Part shown: positions 24,969-36,560 of the stretch, one piece after another
How positions within the stretch are numbered: position 1 is the stretch's first letter
Layout of the letters: each line of letters starts with the position of its first letter
Assembly (NCBI RefSeq): GCF_009914755.1
Contig: NC_060927.1
Source of the DNA: the human T2T-CHM13v2.0 reference genome, Homo sapiens
Reading direction: 5' to 3' (one strand)
DNA: 64,000 bases
Program-made: the position numbers and the translations under genes
Notes under the pieces: generated by a model
Databases searched by the model: none
Told to the model about the DNA's origin: nothing
Seen by the model: only the letters and a program-made list of their open reading frames with translations

Positions 24969-26396
24969 ATGAAATAAATATTCTTCGGCATTGCAATTAT
25001 AAAAATTTTATTATATTTTCTCATTGATCACTTTGGTGTATAAAAATGTATATACTAATTTTATTCATTTAATTTTAAAAATCTATTAATTGTTCAAAAG
25101 TATTGCTGAAATTTAGAATATATACATAAGTTAAAATATGCATATAAAATACCCATTTCCTCTTACCCAAAGATTAGTACAGTTAATATCTAATGTTACA
25201 TGTTTCCAGATGTTTTTCTGTATTTATATCAATATCTACCAACTTATCTACATCTACAAACATGCATGCATACAATATACCCATTATATATATCACATGT
25301 ATGTGTATATACCATTTACCAAAATGATATCAGTCAAATGACATCACACAATATGTGCTATTTTCAGTGAATATTTTCCATTTTTCCCAGTTGAGAAATT
25401 TTTTATCATCTCTCATCAAATTTTCCCAATTGAGCAAAAATGTTATTTACACTGGTTTACCCAATCCAGGAAGCAATCAGTGACCACATATTATATTTGG
25501 TTATTGGGTCATTTAAGGCTCTTTTAATCTGGCAGTCTTTTTTCCCTTCCTGTTCATGGTTAGCTGTCCTGCCATGTATCCCACTCTTGCAAAATGTTTG
25601 GTTGATTCTTCATGATGCTGTTTAGCCTTTTCTTCTATCTCATATATGAAACAATTTTTGTAACCAGCTATCTTTCTGAATTCCCTCATTGTTTTCAATC
25701 GAATATTTAATTCATTCTCAGCTTTTCCAGGTCATCAAAAATAATATAATTTTCCACCTGATTTTAAATCTTTATATTTCATAATTCATTTTCTGGCCAA
25801 ATGGCTTTGGAATGTATCCTTTGACTTATTTCTTATCATAATGGATATGCCACTATGAATTATTTTTTAATTTAGGTGTAGATGTTGAACTTAATCAAAG
25901 TTTTTTTGAAACTATTGATATTATTTTCCTTTTGCCAATTTTATTGTATTAATATATTTGTAATTAATTGTATCATAATTTTTAATATTTTCCTAAGGTA
26001 GAATCATTCTGCCATCAACTCCATTTGGTTATGATATATCCCTGTTAAAAATATACTTCCGGATTATACTTGTGAATAGTTTATTATCTTGGCATCAGTT
26101 TTTATTAATAAAATTAGTAAGCTATTTTTGTCAGGTTTGAATATTCAATTAACAAAGGCTTTATAAAGTTAATTTGGAATAATTCCTTTTTCTCTAATTG
26201 CAGAAACAATTTTAAATAGCATTAAAAAAATCTCTTTTTGGAGATTATAAAATCTTCATACCCAAGACTATCTTAGTTTTGGGGAAGAGATGCATTTATT
26301 TTACCAAATCCAGTTTAAAAAATAATCTATTACTCCAGTCAGACATGTTCTCAGGAGGCTAAAACTTTATAATCTATTTAAGAATTTGTTAAGGTT

Positions 26397-26701
26397 GGCC
26401 CGGTGTGGTGACTCAAGCCTGTAACCCCAGCACTTGGAGAGGCCAAGGCAGGCAGATTGCTTGAACTCGGGAGTTTGAGACCAGCCTGGGGCAACATGGC
26501 AAAACCTTGTCCCTACAAAAAATACAAAAAAATTAGCCAGGCATGGTGGTGCATGCCTATAGTCCCAGCTACTTGGGAAGCTGAGGTGGGAGGATTGTTT
26601 GAGGATAGAAGCTCAAGGCTACAGTAAGCCAAGATCACACCACTGTACTCCAGCCTGAGCAACAAAACAAGACCTTGTCTCAAAAAAAAAAACAAACAAA
26701 C
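26397..26701 (+). mobile_element. AluJ
   Basis: Full dimer with J-type features (GGAGGATTG, GAGACCAGCCTGGG); direct repeat AGAATTTGTTAA at 26381 and 26702. Confidence 0.92.
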
Positions 26702-29700
26702 AGAATTTGTTAATACCATGTATGATCATGATCATGAAGAACTCTGACTGTTGCATAGTTGATAGTCATGTTGCTGAATGATCAAATCAATTGGATTGTG
26801 AAATGCCACGGTCTTAACAAAATTAGCATTATCTTTTGCTCCATGACTAGTTGTTGATAATTAGATCATAGGCCATATAGTTCTTAAGTTAAATGTAGTA
26901 CAAAGTAAAAATAATCAGTTGCCAACTGCCTAATAAGGAATTTTTAGGTATGAGCAAGTTGTAAATCAATAATTTGTAATTTTTAAGAATGTATAGAGTT
27001 TTTAATGCCCTTGATTGTCATAAAACTTGAGGAATATTTTCCTCACATGCTCGCTTGATTCAGTCTTTCTTTCCCTTAGCCCTTAGCTATACCAATCATT
27101 GACTCCTCGTCTTATAACATTGAGAAACTTGGGTTCAATGAAAAAAATCAACAAATAATAAAAACAAATATTCTTGAGCATCAAATATGTGCATGATATT
27201 TTTCTAGATATTATTGGAAATGGAGGAGAGAAAATAAGAAATAATTTGTCCTCAAGACTTGAAATATAATTGTAGAAAAACATTATATGCTCAGGATAAT
27301 TTAATTGAAAAGGTACAGTTGAAAATTTGTCAAAATTTTAGTAATTATATAACCTAAAAAATAAAGAAGCCTCTGTGAACAGTTAAGGACAGAGAAGAAC
27401 AATGACATAAAGATGACCTTAAAGGATGGGTGATGTTTGTGGGGCTAAAATGAAAAAAGAGAACATTTTAAGTGAAAATAATACACAAAAAGTATGGGAG
27501 GAGAGTCTCAAGTTATTTCAAAGGGGACTACGGGGGGAGCAAATAGCCTGCCTTAAGTGAAATGTTTATATTAGAGAACGAGGGAAATATTTGGTTGGAA
27601 AGTTAAATTGCTACGTATTGAAGTACAACTTTCACGCAGTCAAATCTGGCAGACTTTCCTACACATTTTTTATTAGCTTGACAATCCCAGTACTATTGTT
27701 CAGAATTTAAGTTTACTTTGAAAAATGTAAAACAGAAAGAGTAAGTTATGTCACTGATGTGTGCGTAAAAGTAATAATATGCAGTGGAGTAATGTATGAA
27801 TCAATTATAAATAGAAAAAAATAAATTCTGCTACATTATGAAATGCCATTGTGCAAAGTCTTTGTATATAAAGTCATTTTATATTCCTAAATAATTTTGG
27901 AGGTAATGTTTATCTTCCAAGTAGAGTTCCTGAAGGCTTCCTGCTGTCTGAGATCCCTGCCTCCTAAGCACAGGAGTGTCTAGGGGCAGTGGTGAGTCTA
28001 GAATCTTTTGAAATACAAAAAATATGCTTTAATACATTTTTTAAATTCTCAGATAATGGTGGTTGGAAGCTGCCAAGTGCTAGGCACCAACACATCTCCA
28101 GAGTACATAGGGATGCATCTATTAATAGATGGCCACTGTTTCTATACCCAGTAACGTAAAAATTGTCCCAACTGAAGTATTCTAGCTCTGTTACTGTGGG
28201 AGTATGCGGGGCATGTGTGTGGTATGTGTGCATGTGGCCTACCTTTCTGCATGTGGTTTTCTGTTATTTTACTAACAACCTTTAAAATGAAAGACTAGCT
28301 CAAGACATAATGTATCACTTTTTAGAACAGCAGGCACAGCATTCTGGACATGACACAATTGACAGCTGCTAAGAAGAAAAATTTCAATCATACATGATCT
28401 CCAGTGTGTCCTTGGATAGTATTTAGAATTTCTTCATTACTTCATCATTAGTAAAGCAGAGTATCACAGCTTTGCCAGTTCCTTCATAAAGATGTAGATG
28501 ATGTTACTTCCTTAATAGCTATTTAACATATTAAATATAATTCAAATAGAAATAATGTTAAATATCCAATCTATTAAATTCTTATTTCCTAAAGAAAGAA
28601 AATATGCAGCTAAAATAAAGTCCTTGTCAGACTTTCTAGAAAACAGCAAGTTACCAGGGCGACAATCATATAGAGGTAGGGTAGATCATTTACTTTATAA
28701 ATGTTACCAGGGTAACAGAAACTACTCGTGGAAATCACTGAAGGATTTAGGATGAGAGTACAGATAGACCATGGAACTATTTGTTCTTTCATAGCACATT
28801 GGAACAAAATGTCCAAACATATTTAAAACTTTTAACACTTATGTGAAGTATTTGGGTATTCATTAAATAGATGATCAGAAACGGGTTCACATATTGAGAG
28901 TATTCTCAAATGTGAAGAGTACATCTCAAATGTAAATCAAAAGATATTATTTTTGATTTCTTACTGCTCAGTATGTCATTGGGATACTTTATTTTACTCT
29001 GAATTTTGACTTTGCTAGATTAGTTCTAGAGAACCTAGTTATTTCTACCTAGGTGCTATGTCTGCAATTTAGGATCATGGTTAATGGTGTTGATTAGCAT
29101 GAGGCTTGAGTTTTATAGGTCAACCAATTAGGGTGTAGGAGGGAGGGAAGTGGTTAATGGAGAGAAAGGGAAAAACTATACATATACATATATATGTATA
29201 TGTATATGTATATAATTTTCATGTGTGTGTTTGTGTATGGCGTGTACGGATTAATCAGGTTTGCTTAAAGAATTATGGAGTTTAGAGTTAGATTTTTCAA
29301 AATGATAACACAAATACAAGTAAAATGCCTTTAAACTTTTCTACTGCCTAAGAAGAAGCTTACCAAAGATAGGAATTAAACGTACATTTTTCTCCCTGTT
29401 TTAGAACAATTGGTTTCCCTCCCAATAAGACTCTGTCAGAAAACAAATAATTCTAATATGTTCATCTATGGTTAACAGTTAAGGTATGTGCAAAGTCTAT
29501 AAGCAGTAAAGAGGAGGAAGTTACTCACTGTGGAGGGAGTAGAGGAATAAGAACAAGGCTTCACAGAGGAGGTAACTCCTGAACTTGGTTTTGAAAACTA
29601 AAAGGAGTTTTTTAGACCAACAAGTGTTGGGTGTCAGGCAGGAAGGGTGCTCTGAGCAAAGTGATCAGTAGATTGTAGGCAGGGTTTTGGTCCTATTCAC

Positions 29701-30414
29701 CATGTGCTGCAGCTGGTGAACATCTAAGAGAAAGCAAGGTATTTTTACAGGCTACCAGGTGCCTCTAACACTGGGGCATATGCATGACATTTGTGTGCCC
29801 TTCAACAGTTCTGCCACAGAAGGTATCACTTAATCATGATTAGGGCTGTTGTCCTATATTCCATTAAACATGGCATCTTCTCCTAGAGTTCCGTTTGCAT
29901 TTCTAGGCAAAGCCTCCTCACCAATATCCGATGTGCCCTTTCACAAGTTCTCCACTCAGAGTTGAGTGTAATATGCAGAGAATGTTATTGATATTACTTG
30001 GGTATCATAAAGTAATCATTATAGCCTCTGCACAAGGCTAATTAGTCCTAATTATCTGAATACCCCAGGTGAAAGTGAGATTTCTACTCCCCTCAGAACC
30101 CCAAGAATGCGTAGTGTCTCATCATTTGACTGTCAACAAATGCTTCGTTGCTAAGTTATTCAAACAATAAAGTAAGATGATAGAGATTCTAAGAAAAAAT
30201 ACCAGAACTTATATGTCTACATGAGTTTCTTTTTTCTATGTGATGAAATTACTTTGGGAGGCCTTTTCCATTGATGCCATCTTAGACTAGGACATTTTAA
30301 AAATTTATTCTTTGGGAATAATTTTCAGAGATAATTTATTAATCATACAAGTAAAACAAGTTCATCAGGTTATATTCACATGATAGAAAAATGGAGAAAC
30401 ACATACATAATAGC

Positions 30415-30530
30415 TAGATAGATAGATAGATAGATAAATAGATGATAGAATGGGTGGATAGATGATGAATGAATGGATGGAGGGAAGGATGGATGCAGGG
30501 ATGCGGATGGATGAATGGATGGATGGGTGG
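30415..30530 (+). repeat. (TAGA)n/(GGAT)n degenerate simple repeat
   Basis: Read directly from the sequence. Confidence 0.9.
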
Positions 30531-33500
30531 TCAGACAGACAGAATATAGGTAATAGATATCCTGGGACATGACACTAGTTCTTCTTTCCCAACTACAGTA
30601 TAATTTTATTATTTGAGAGTTTATTCCATATAGTTCGCAATATTTCTCCCGTTCTATTTTGTTCTAAATAAATATTTGATAATAAGTTACACTTTATAGA
30701 CTATTTCTGCATTGGCAAATATTAAGACACAAGCTTCCAGGTGCCGTTAGACAAGGATACTGACAAAGGTTTCTGAGAAAATTAAAGACGTGCATCTTCT
30801 CTGAAATCAAACCCAACTTATTAGGGAAAATGATGCTAATATTAAATTTGTCTTTGTAAGTTTGATCATTAAATATTGTCATTGTCAGTAAGGAGGTGTG
30901 TTAAAAACAATTTAGGAAAATTTCTCTTATGTTCATAATGTAGTATTCTAATTCCTTTTCAGTTGCAGATTTGTTTATATCAGCTGAAACAACTGTGTTA
31001 TTCAGCGTAGTGTCTTAATTGGCAGTTACATCTGTAGAGAGAAACATTTTCTTGTGGACATTTCTTTTATTAACTCTCAATAAAAGCCAAGCACATGTTA
31101 ACTTTCAATTTTCTGAAGAAATGTATAGGGCAACTACATTAATATTCTTCAGGTATGTAAGTTTCTTATAACCTATCTTGATATAAGAATGACTCAGTAA
31201 ATCCAATTGGCTGACATGTGGCTTATTTGGTGTTTATTTAGTCTGAGCCAGGATGTTATTAAATTTATACCATCTGATTTATAGTTTCACCTAGGTACAG
31301 GCTATTTTACCTCTCATGGAAAAGATGGCAAGATTGTTCAGTTTGTGCCAGAATTTTCCTTAATAAATGTCTTCAAAGCTCTCACAGGAGCCCAAGCATG
31401 TACACAGTTGGGATCTAGTAGTTCTGTGCTGTTGAGTGCTTGAGAGGCAAATTTCATCTAAAATATTGAGGGCAGGCATAAGACCTCTTGGCTATCATCA
31501 CTAGGTGGCTCATAAAGTACTCATGATTTTAACAGTACTAGACTCTGATGCACTTGCCAAGATGAATCAGGTGTAAAATGTACTCCGTGGCAGCAAACGG
31601 AACTGATAGAATAGAACTATTTGATGTGGACCATGAGAATTTAAAAGTATCTGCATAAATTGATGATTTGGCATCAGATAAAGCTGATATCAAACCATTC
31701 TATCTTACAATAATTACTCAATATGTTCAGCAGACTCTGAAATCTGCACTTGAGAAATGACAGAAAAACTATATCATCAGCAGAGAAAACATCTTCTTGC
31801 TGACCTAGGAAGGCATACAAATAGTTCAGTTGGCGTCACACTGTTTATGCATAATATTTTACAAATTAGGGTGGTACTTGTTCCCTTTTATATCACTTAA
31901 CATAAGTATAATTTCATTGCACATAACTGAGGAGAAATAGTAGAAACAAGCTGAGAAAACTGAAAGCAAATTCCAAGAAAGAGGATTAGTCCTCATCTAT
32001 GTTAAAAAGAACATTGTGCTCTTGGCTTTATTTTCTTATTTAGCATAGAGAAAATCAAGCTAATTATCAACTTGGGTTCTGAATAATAACCTTAAAACTT
32101 CTATTGAGAAGAGAAACCTTTTATCAAAGAGTTATTCTTAAACGGTTCTTAATCAATACACATTAGAACCATTTCTGCATAACAATGTTGTATATTAAAA
32201 ATCAATTCTTACTTTCCGATAAAGGCTTTTATCTTGTCTTGTATCTCTAAGTATTTTCAATCAATACTGAAAAAATCATTATGCTTCCAAGTTTGTGTTA
32301 CATGATACATGTCTAAATACTCAGATTCTGATATCACACTCCAAAATAATCTAACTTTCTGAGATGCATATATGAAATTTATTTCAAGGAAGTGTTTATA
32401 TTATACATGGCATGAACTGATGAATGATTGATGGATACTACATACACATTACTGTCCATATATGCTGAAAGCTGACCTCCATTATAGATATTATTTAACC
32501 AAAAGACTGACATATACATATAATACAAATGTGTGTTTATATGAGGTTATTCAGAGTTACATTTAAAGACTGAACACTGTTGAGATTTGTGGTATTAATT
32601 AGTAAGGAAGAGAATATGGTGGATGCATGGGTCAAAACTGACTCAGGAAATTTCAGCCTAGGTGGCTAGGTAGAAAGTGGGGTCCTTAAACTGAATTAGG
32701 ATGTGTAAGAGAAGGCATAAGTTGAGGATCAGGGATATATAGTTCCTTTTGGGCATGTTGACTTTTCAAGGCCAGATAAAGATTTTCAATATGTACCTCC
32801 AAATACAGGTTTGCCACCCAAGAAGGGTAGTAATAAACTTATGAGTCATTTATTCCTGCTGGAGAGAATAGATGAGATTTCTAGCAATTCGCTCACTTTT
32901 CATAGTAATTACCATGCTTGATCTATGCAATAGCTAGTGTTGTGCATACGCTGAGGTTACCTTAAATTTACTAGTCTTATATGTACTAAATTAAATGCTT
33001 GCATATGCCCCTTACAAGCAAGATTGTTTAGCAACCCAATTATGCTTTTTCTTATACCTATACTGTTATGGCTAATTATGTATTGTATTACATATGTCTT
33101 TTTGAATTAATCAAATGTATATGCACTTGATGTTTCCTCTTAGGGAACTGACCACAGTGATAAGTTAGGAAAATAGAGATACTTCAAATTAGAAGAAATC
33201 TTAGGAGCCCCCAATGAAGTCTAGCAGTTGATGTAAAGGTTTCAGAAATTGTCCTGTGTATCCATGAAAAGCTGTTTCATTTCCATTTTGCAAACATTTC
33301 AGGAAACTTTTTTTTATTAAATTGTATTTCTTCCATAGCCACTAGCCCAGCTAGTGGAAGAACAACAAAATTGGAAAAGCACAGCAACAAGCCTCTGCCT
33401 AGTAAAAACCAAGAAAGCAATAAACCTTTGCCAAGCCTATAAGAAAAATTTAAAAGTCCACCGTTTATTTATCTTGTTGTTTAGATATATCTGTCTCATT

Positions 33501-34914
33501 GTTAAGTCATTGTGAATGCAGGGATTTATAAACCCTACACTATTATCACTGGAGGGTTCCCACTGCTTTTAGAATAGAGTGTTCCTAAAAAAAAAAAAAT
33601 CCATTTCTTTTACTTTATTGACAAGAATAGATTATTTCAGGCTTTGCTGGATAATCCCATCTTTGGCCTTTGGGGCTTTAAACCGTGTTTTTCTCTAACG
33701 TTCTGGTTGATGCTGGTAATGAGAACCAGTTTTACTGATCATAGAAGTATGAGCTCAGAGTGACTCACTAATTCCAATGTGTTTCCAATGGCCAACTTGA
33801 AAAAGCTACATAGGGGGATGTGAGAGCTAAATTACTGAAGACCATCATGTTTTCCTGTGGGGTTTTTCCATGCCCTGAATATGTTATACATGCTTTTTGT
33901 TGGTGTTTTCTTCTCTGTTCTATTTGACATTTTAAAGAGCAGAAGTTTAAAGTAAGTTTCTTAAGAATCCGTAACAGTATGCCCGTATCTCCAGACAAAT
34001 GTTTACAAATTGGATTGTGGCTCAAAGATTTAACTTTCCTTCATGTCTTTTTCTAAATACAAAGTTCAAACCGAAATTGTCAAGAGTGAGGATTCATTGA
34101 CAGACAATCAGCAGGAGGTCCTTTTAGTGGAATATTACCTGTGATACAAAAGGATTAAACATTTCAAATATAAACCTTTAATCTGTGCTATCTAATTACT
34201 GACATCTGAACCAGTATCAAGGAATTTGTCACTTTTTCACTTTTGTAATTCTAACAAAGAAAAGAAGCAAGAAACGTAATTCTGCATCTGGAAAAAACTT
34301 CTAATGCAAAAGCATGTAGCTTTAGTCTTTTCTCTTGAGATGGACTAGGATATGTTCCCTGTATTTCTGATTTGTAAAGATTCAGCAAGGCAGCTCTGTT
34401 ACTGCAATCACCCTTGCTTATGAAGTTATGTAGACAGTCCCATGTAAATCAGAATGGTCCAACCATTTGATCCTGTCCATTTCTATTACACATGGTCAGG
34501 CATATGATGAGAAATGTTCTGGCTAACACAATTTCATCTTATAACTGTCCTAGAAAATGAAATAAATTGTTACAGCATTGGTTTCCTAGCAGAGCCAAAA
34601 TTATGCAAGGAGGAAAGCCCTTCTACTTTTCCTCATATCCCTGTACTCTCTCTGATAAATCTTTCTCTCTTTCCCCCTCTCCATTTACTTTTGGTGCTAT
34701 ACAGATTCAATTTATTAGACAATTACTAAATTACCTCATATTATTGCTTAAAGTGTATCTTCTCTTCTTTAATTTGTTAAGTTTAATAATCTCCAGTGAA
34801 TATCCATTAAAGAGCATATGCTTTTTCCCCCATTTTGAATTGTTAAAAGTCATTAGAACTAGGATTTTGAGCCAATCTGAAATCAGCTAGATATTCCTTG
34901 TATTGCTTTTTTTA

Positions 34915-35047
34915 GAAAACTTACTTATTGACTGTTCAGGGGAAGGACATATTTGTCCTAAAGCAGGCTGTTAATTATCATGAAAACTTACCTATTGGCT
35001 GTTCAGGGGAAGCACATATTTGTCCTAAAGCAGGCTCTTAATTATCA
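34915..35047 (+). repeat. 67-bp tandem duplication (2 copies, 4 mismatches)
   Basis: GAAAACTTAC(T/C)TATTG(A/G)CTGTTCAGGGGAAG(G/C)ACATATTTGTCCTAAAGCAGGCT(G/C)TTAATTATCA starting at 34915 and 34982. Confidence 0.95.
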
Positions 35048-35477
35048 CATCAGTCTAGCCAATATTGTGATGGAATACTGAAAGTAAAGGAGAACCAAAA
35101 ATATGTGGGTTGTATTTCCAGAAAAATATATGTTATAAGAGAATACGAAACATGTGGATTGTATTTCCAGAAAAAAATGTATGTGTATTTGAAAATTAAA
35201 GATTCCTTAGGGGAAGAAAAACTTGTTTTAAATTTTATTAATCTCAAGGTATTTAAAAATCCTCTGAAAGAATTTTAAAGGCTGCAAATTATAATTATCA
35301 TGTAATTAATTAATTCCTGAAATGTTTTTAGCAGAATCAAGAACATTTCTGTTGCCTGGACCTTGGAAGAATGACAGCAATGAAAAAGTTCATATTATTT
35401 GCCAGTGTTTTTCCCTTAACACTGAAAATGTTAAATTGCTCTATAGTTAGTGACTTATTGGAAAAACGAAACCAGAG

Positions 35478-35620
35478 TCATTCATTCCTCTATTCATTCA
35501 ACATACATTTTTTGGGTGTCTGCTATGTGCCAGGCACTGCCATTCTATATTCAGTTAGAATACAAAACCAAACCAAAAAAAGATCCTCTCTTCATGGAAT
35601 GTATCTTCCAGCAGGGGAAA
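35478..35620 (-). mobile_element. L2 3' fragment
   Basis: TATTCATTCAACATACATTTTTTGGGTGTCTGCTATGTGCCAGGCACTG. Confidence 0.75.
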
Positions 35621-36379
35621 AATAATTTAAAAACTAAAAATGCTATGGCAAATGATGTTAAATATTTGGAGCCAGATTTTGGTAAAAATAGCAAGCAGGT
35701 GTAATTTGTCTTTTAGAACCCCAGCCATTATTTTCAACATCTTTTCTTCCCACTTGGCGATGTCCTTCCTTCAAGACGCTTAGATGTTCCAAAAGGTCAT
35801 TCTTTCTCTCTTTTGCTTTTTCATTTAAACAACATTTAAAGAGAACCCACTATGTACCAGATATGTGCTGCACCATATTCAGAGATTTAATGCAGTATAA
35901 ATTATGTATAGTCCCTGTCTTTATGAAACTTCCAGTGTATTGGGGAAGAGAGAAATCAAATCAGTATTTTAAGGAATAAGAAATTAAACTGGCCATACAT
36001 TCTATTAAAGAAAGATTCATGGGACTCTAATCTCATGCATGTGTGTGTGTGTGCATGCATTTGGTGGGATTCTCTTAGAGAGGGTCATGGGAGGCAGAAA
36101 ACAACCGTCAACTCCCACTAAACTAATAGTGGATGCTTCTCCCAAAACCTCTCCTGAAAAATTTGATCTGGTTATTAGCATCTTGGGGTAAATGAAGTTA
36201 TCAGTAGACTTAAGTGTGTGCAATATTTTTCCTATTACTTTGTAACAAAACGTTTGTGAACCTTCTAGAAAATTCCAGGCATCAGCAAGAAGTTCATTGG
36301 TCTTTTAGGTTTGGAGTCTTCTATGCTTTGGAATAATGTCCTCCTTATTCAGATTACAGAGAAGTCCTTCACTCTGCAT

Positions 36380-36560
36380 TTTCATGAGGCAATTATATAA
36401 TATTGTATATACTATCACAAAAGATTAACCTGAATATAACAGGATAATGTATTTATGGATGAAGGAAGTGAAGCTCAGAGAGGTTAATTGTCATCACTAA
36501 TATCACACAAGTTGGTGGCAGAGCTGGGACAGGTATGTTTCAATTCAGTTAACACCAACT
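36380..36560 (-). mobile_element. MIR fragment
   Basis: GATGAAGGAAGTGAAGCTCAGAGAGGTTAA...ATCACACAAGTTGGTGGCAGAGCTGGGA. Confidence 0.7.

Larger units (their letters stand above)
22740..26330 (-). mobile_element. Degraded old L1 (L1M) tract hosting MER58A, MER30 and an MST/MLT LTR
   Basis: T-rich, L1-like antisense sequence (e.g. TTTTGGTATTTATGTATTCAAATGTATCAGTCTTT, CATTTTCAGATGAACTTT); boundaries approximate. Confidence 0.55.

Noticed and set aside
32841-32849. Isolated AP-1 sites (also ~33761, 55731, 55828)
   Set aside because: 7-mers at about the frequency expected by chance in 64 kb.
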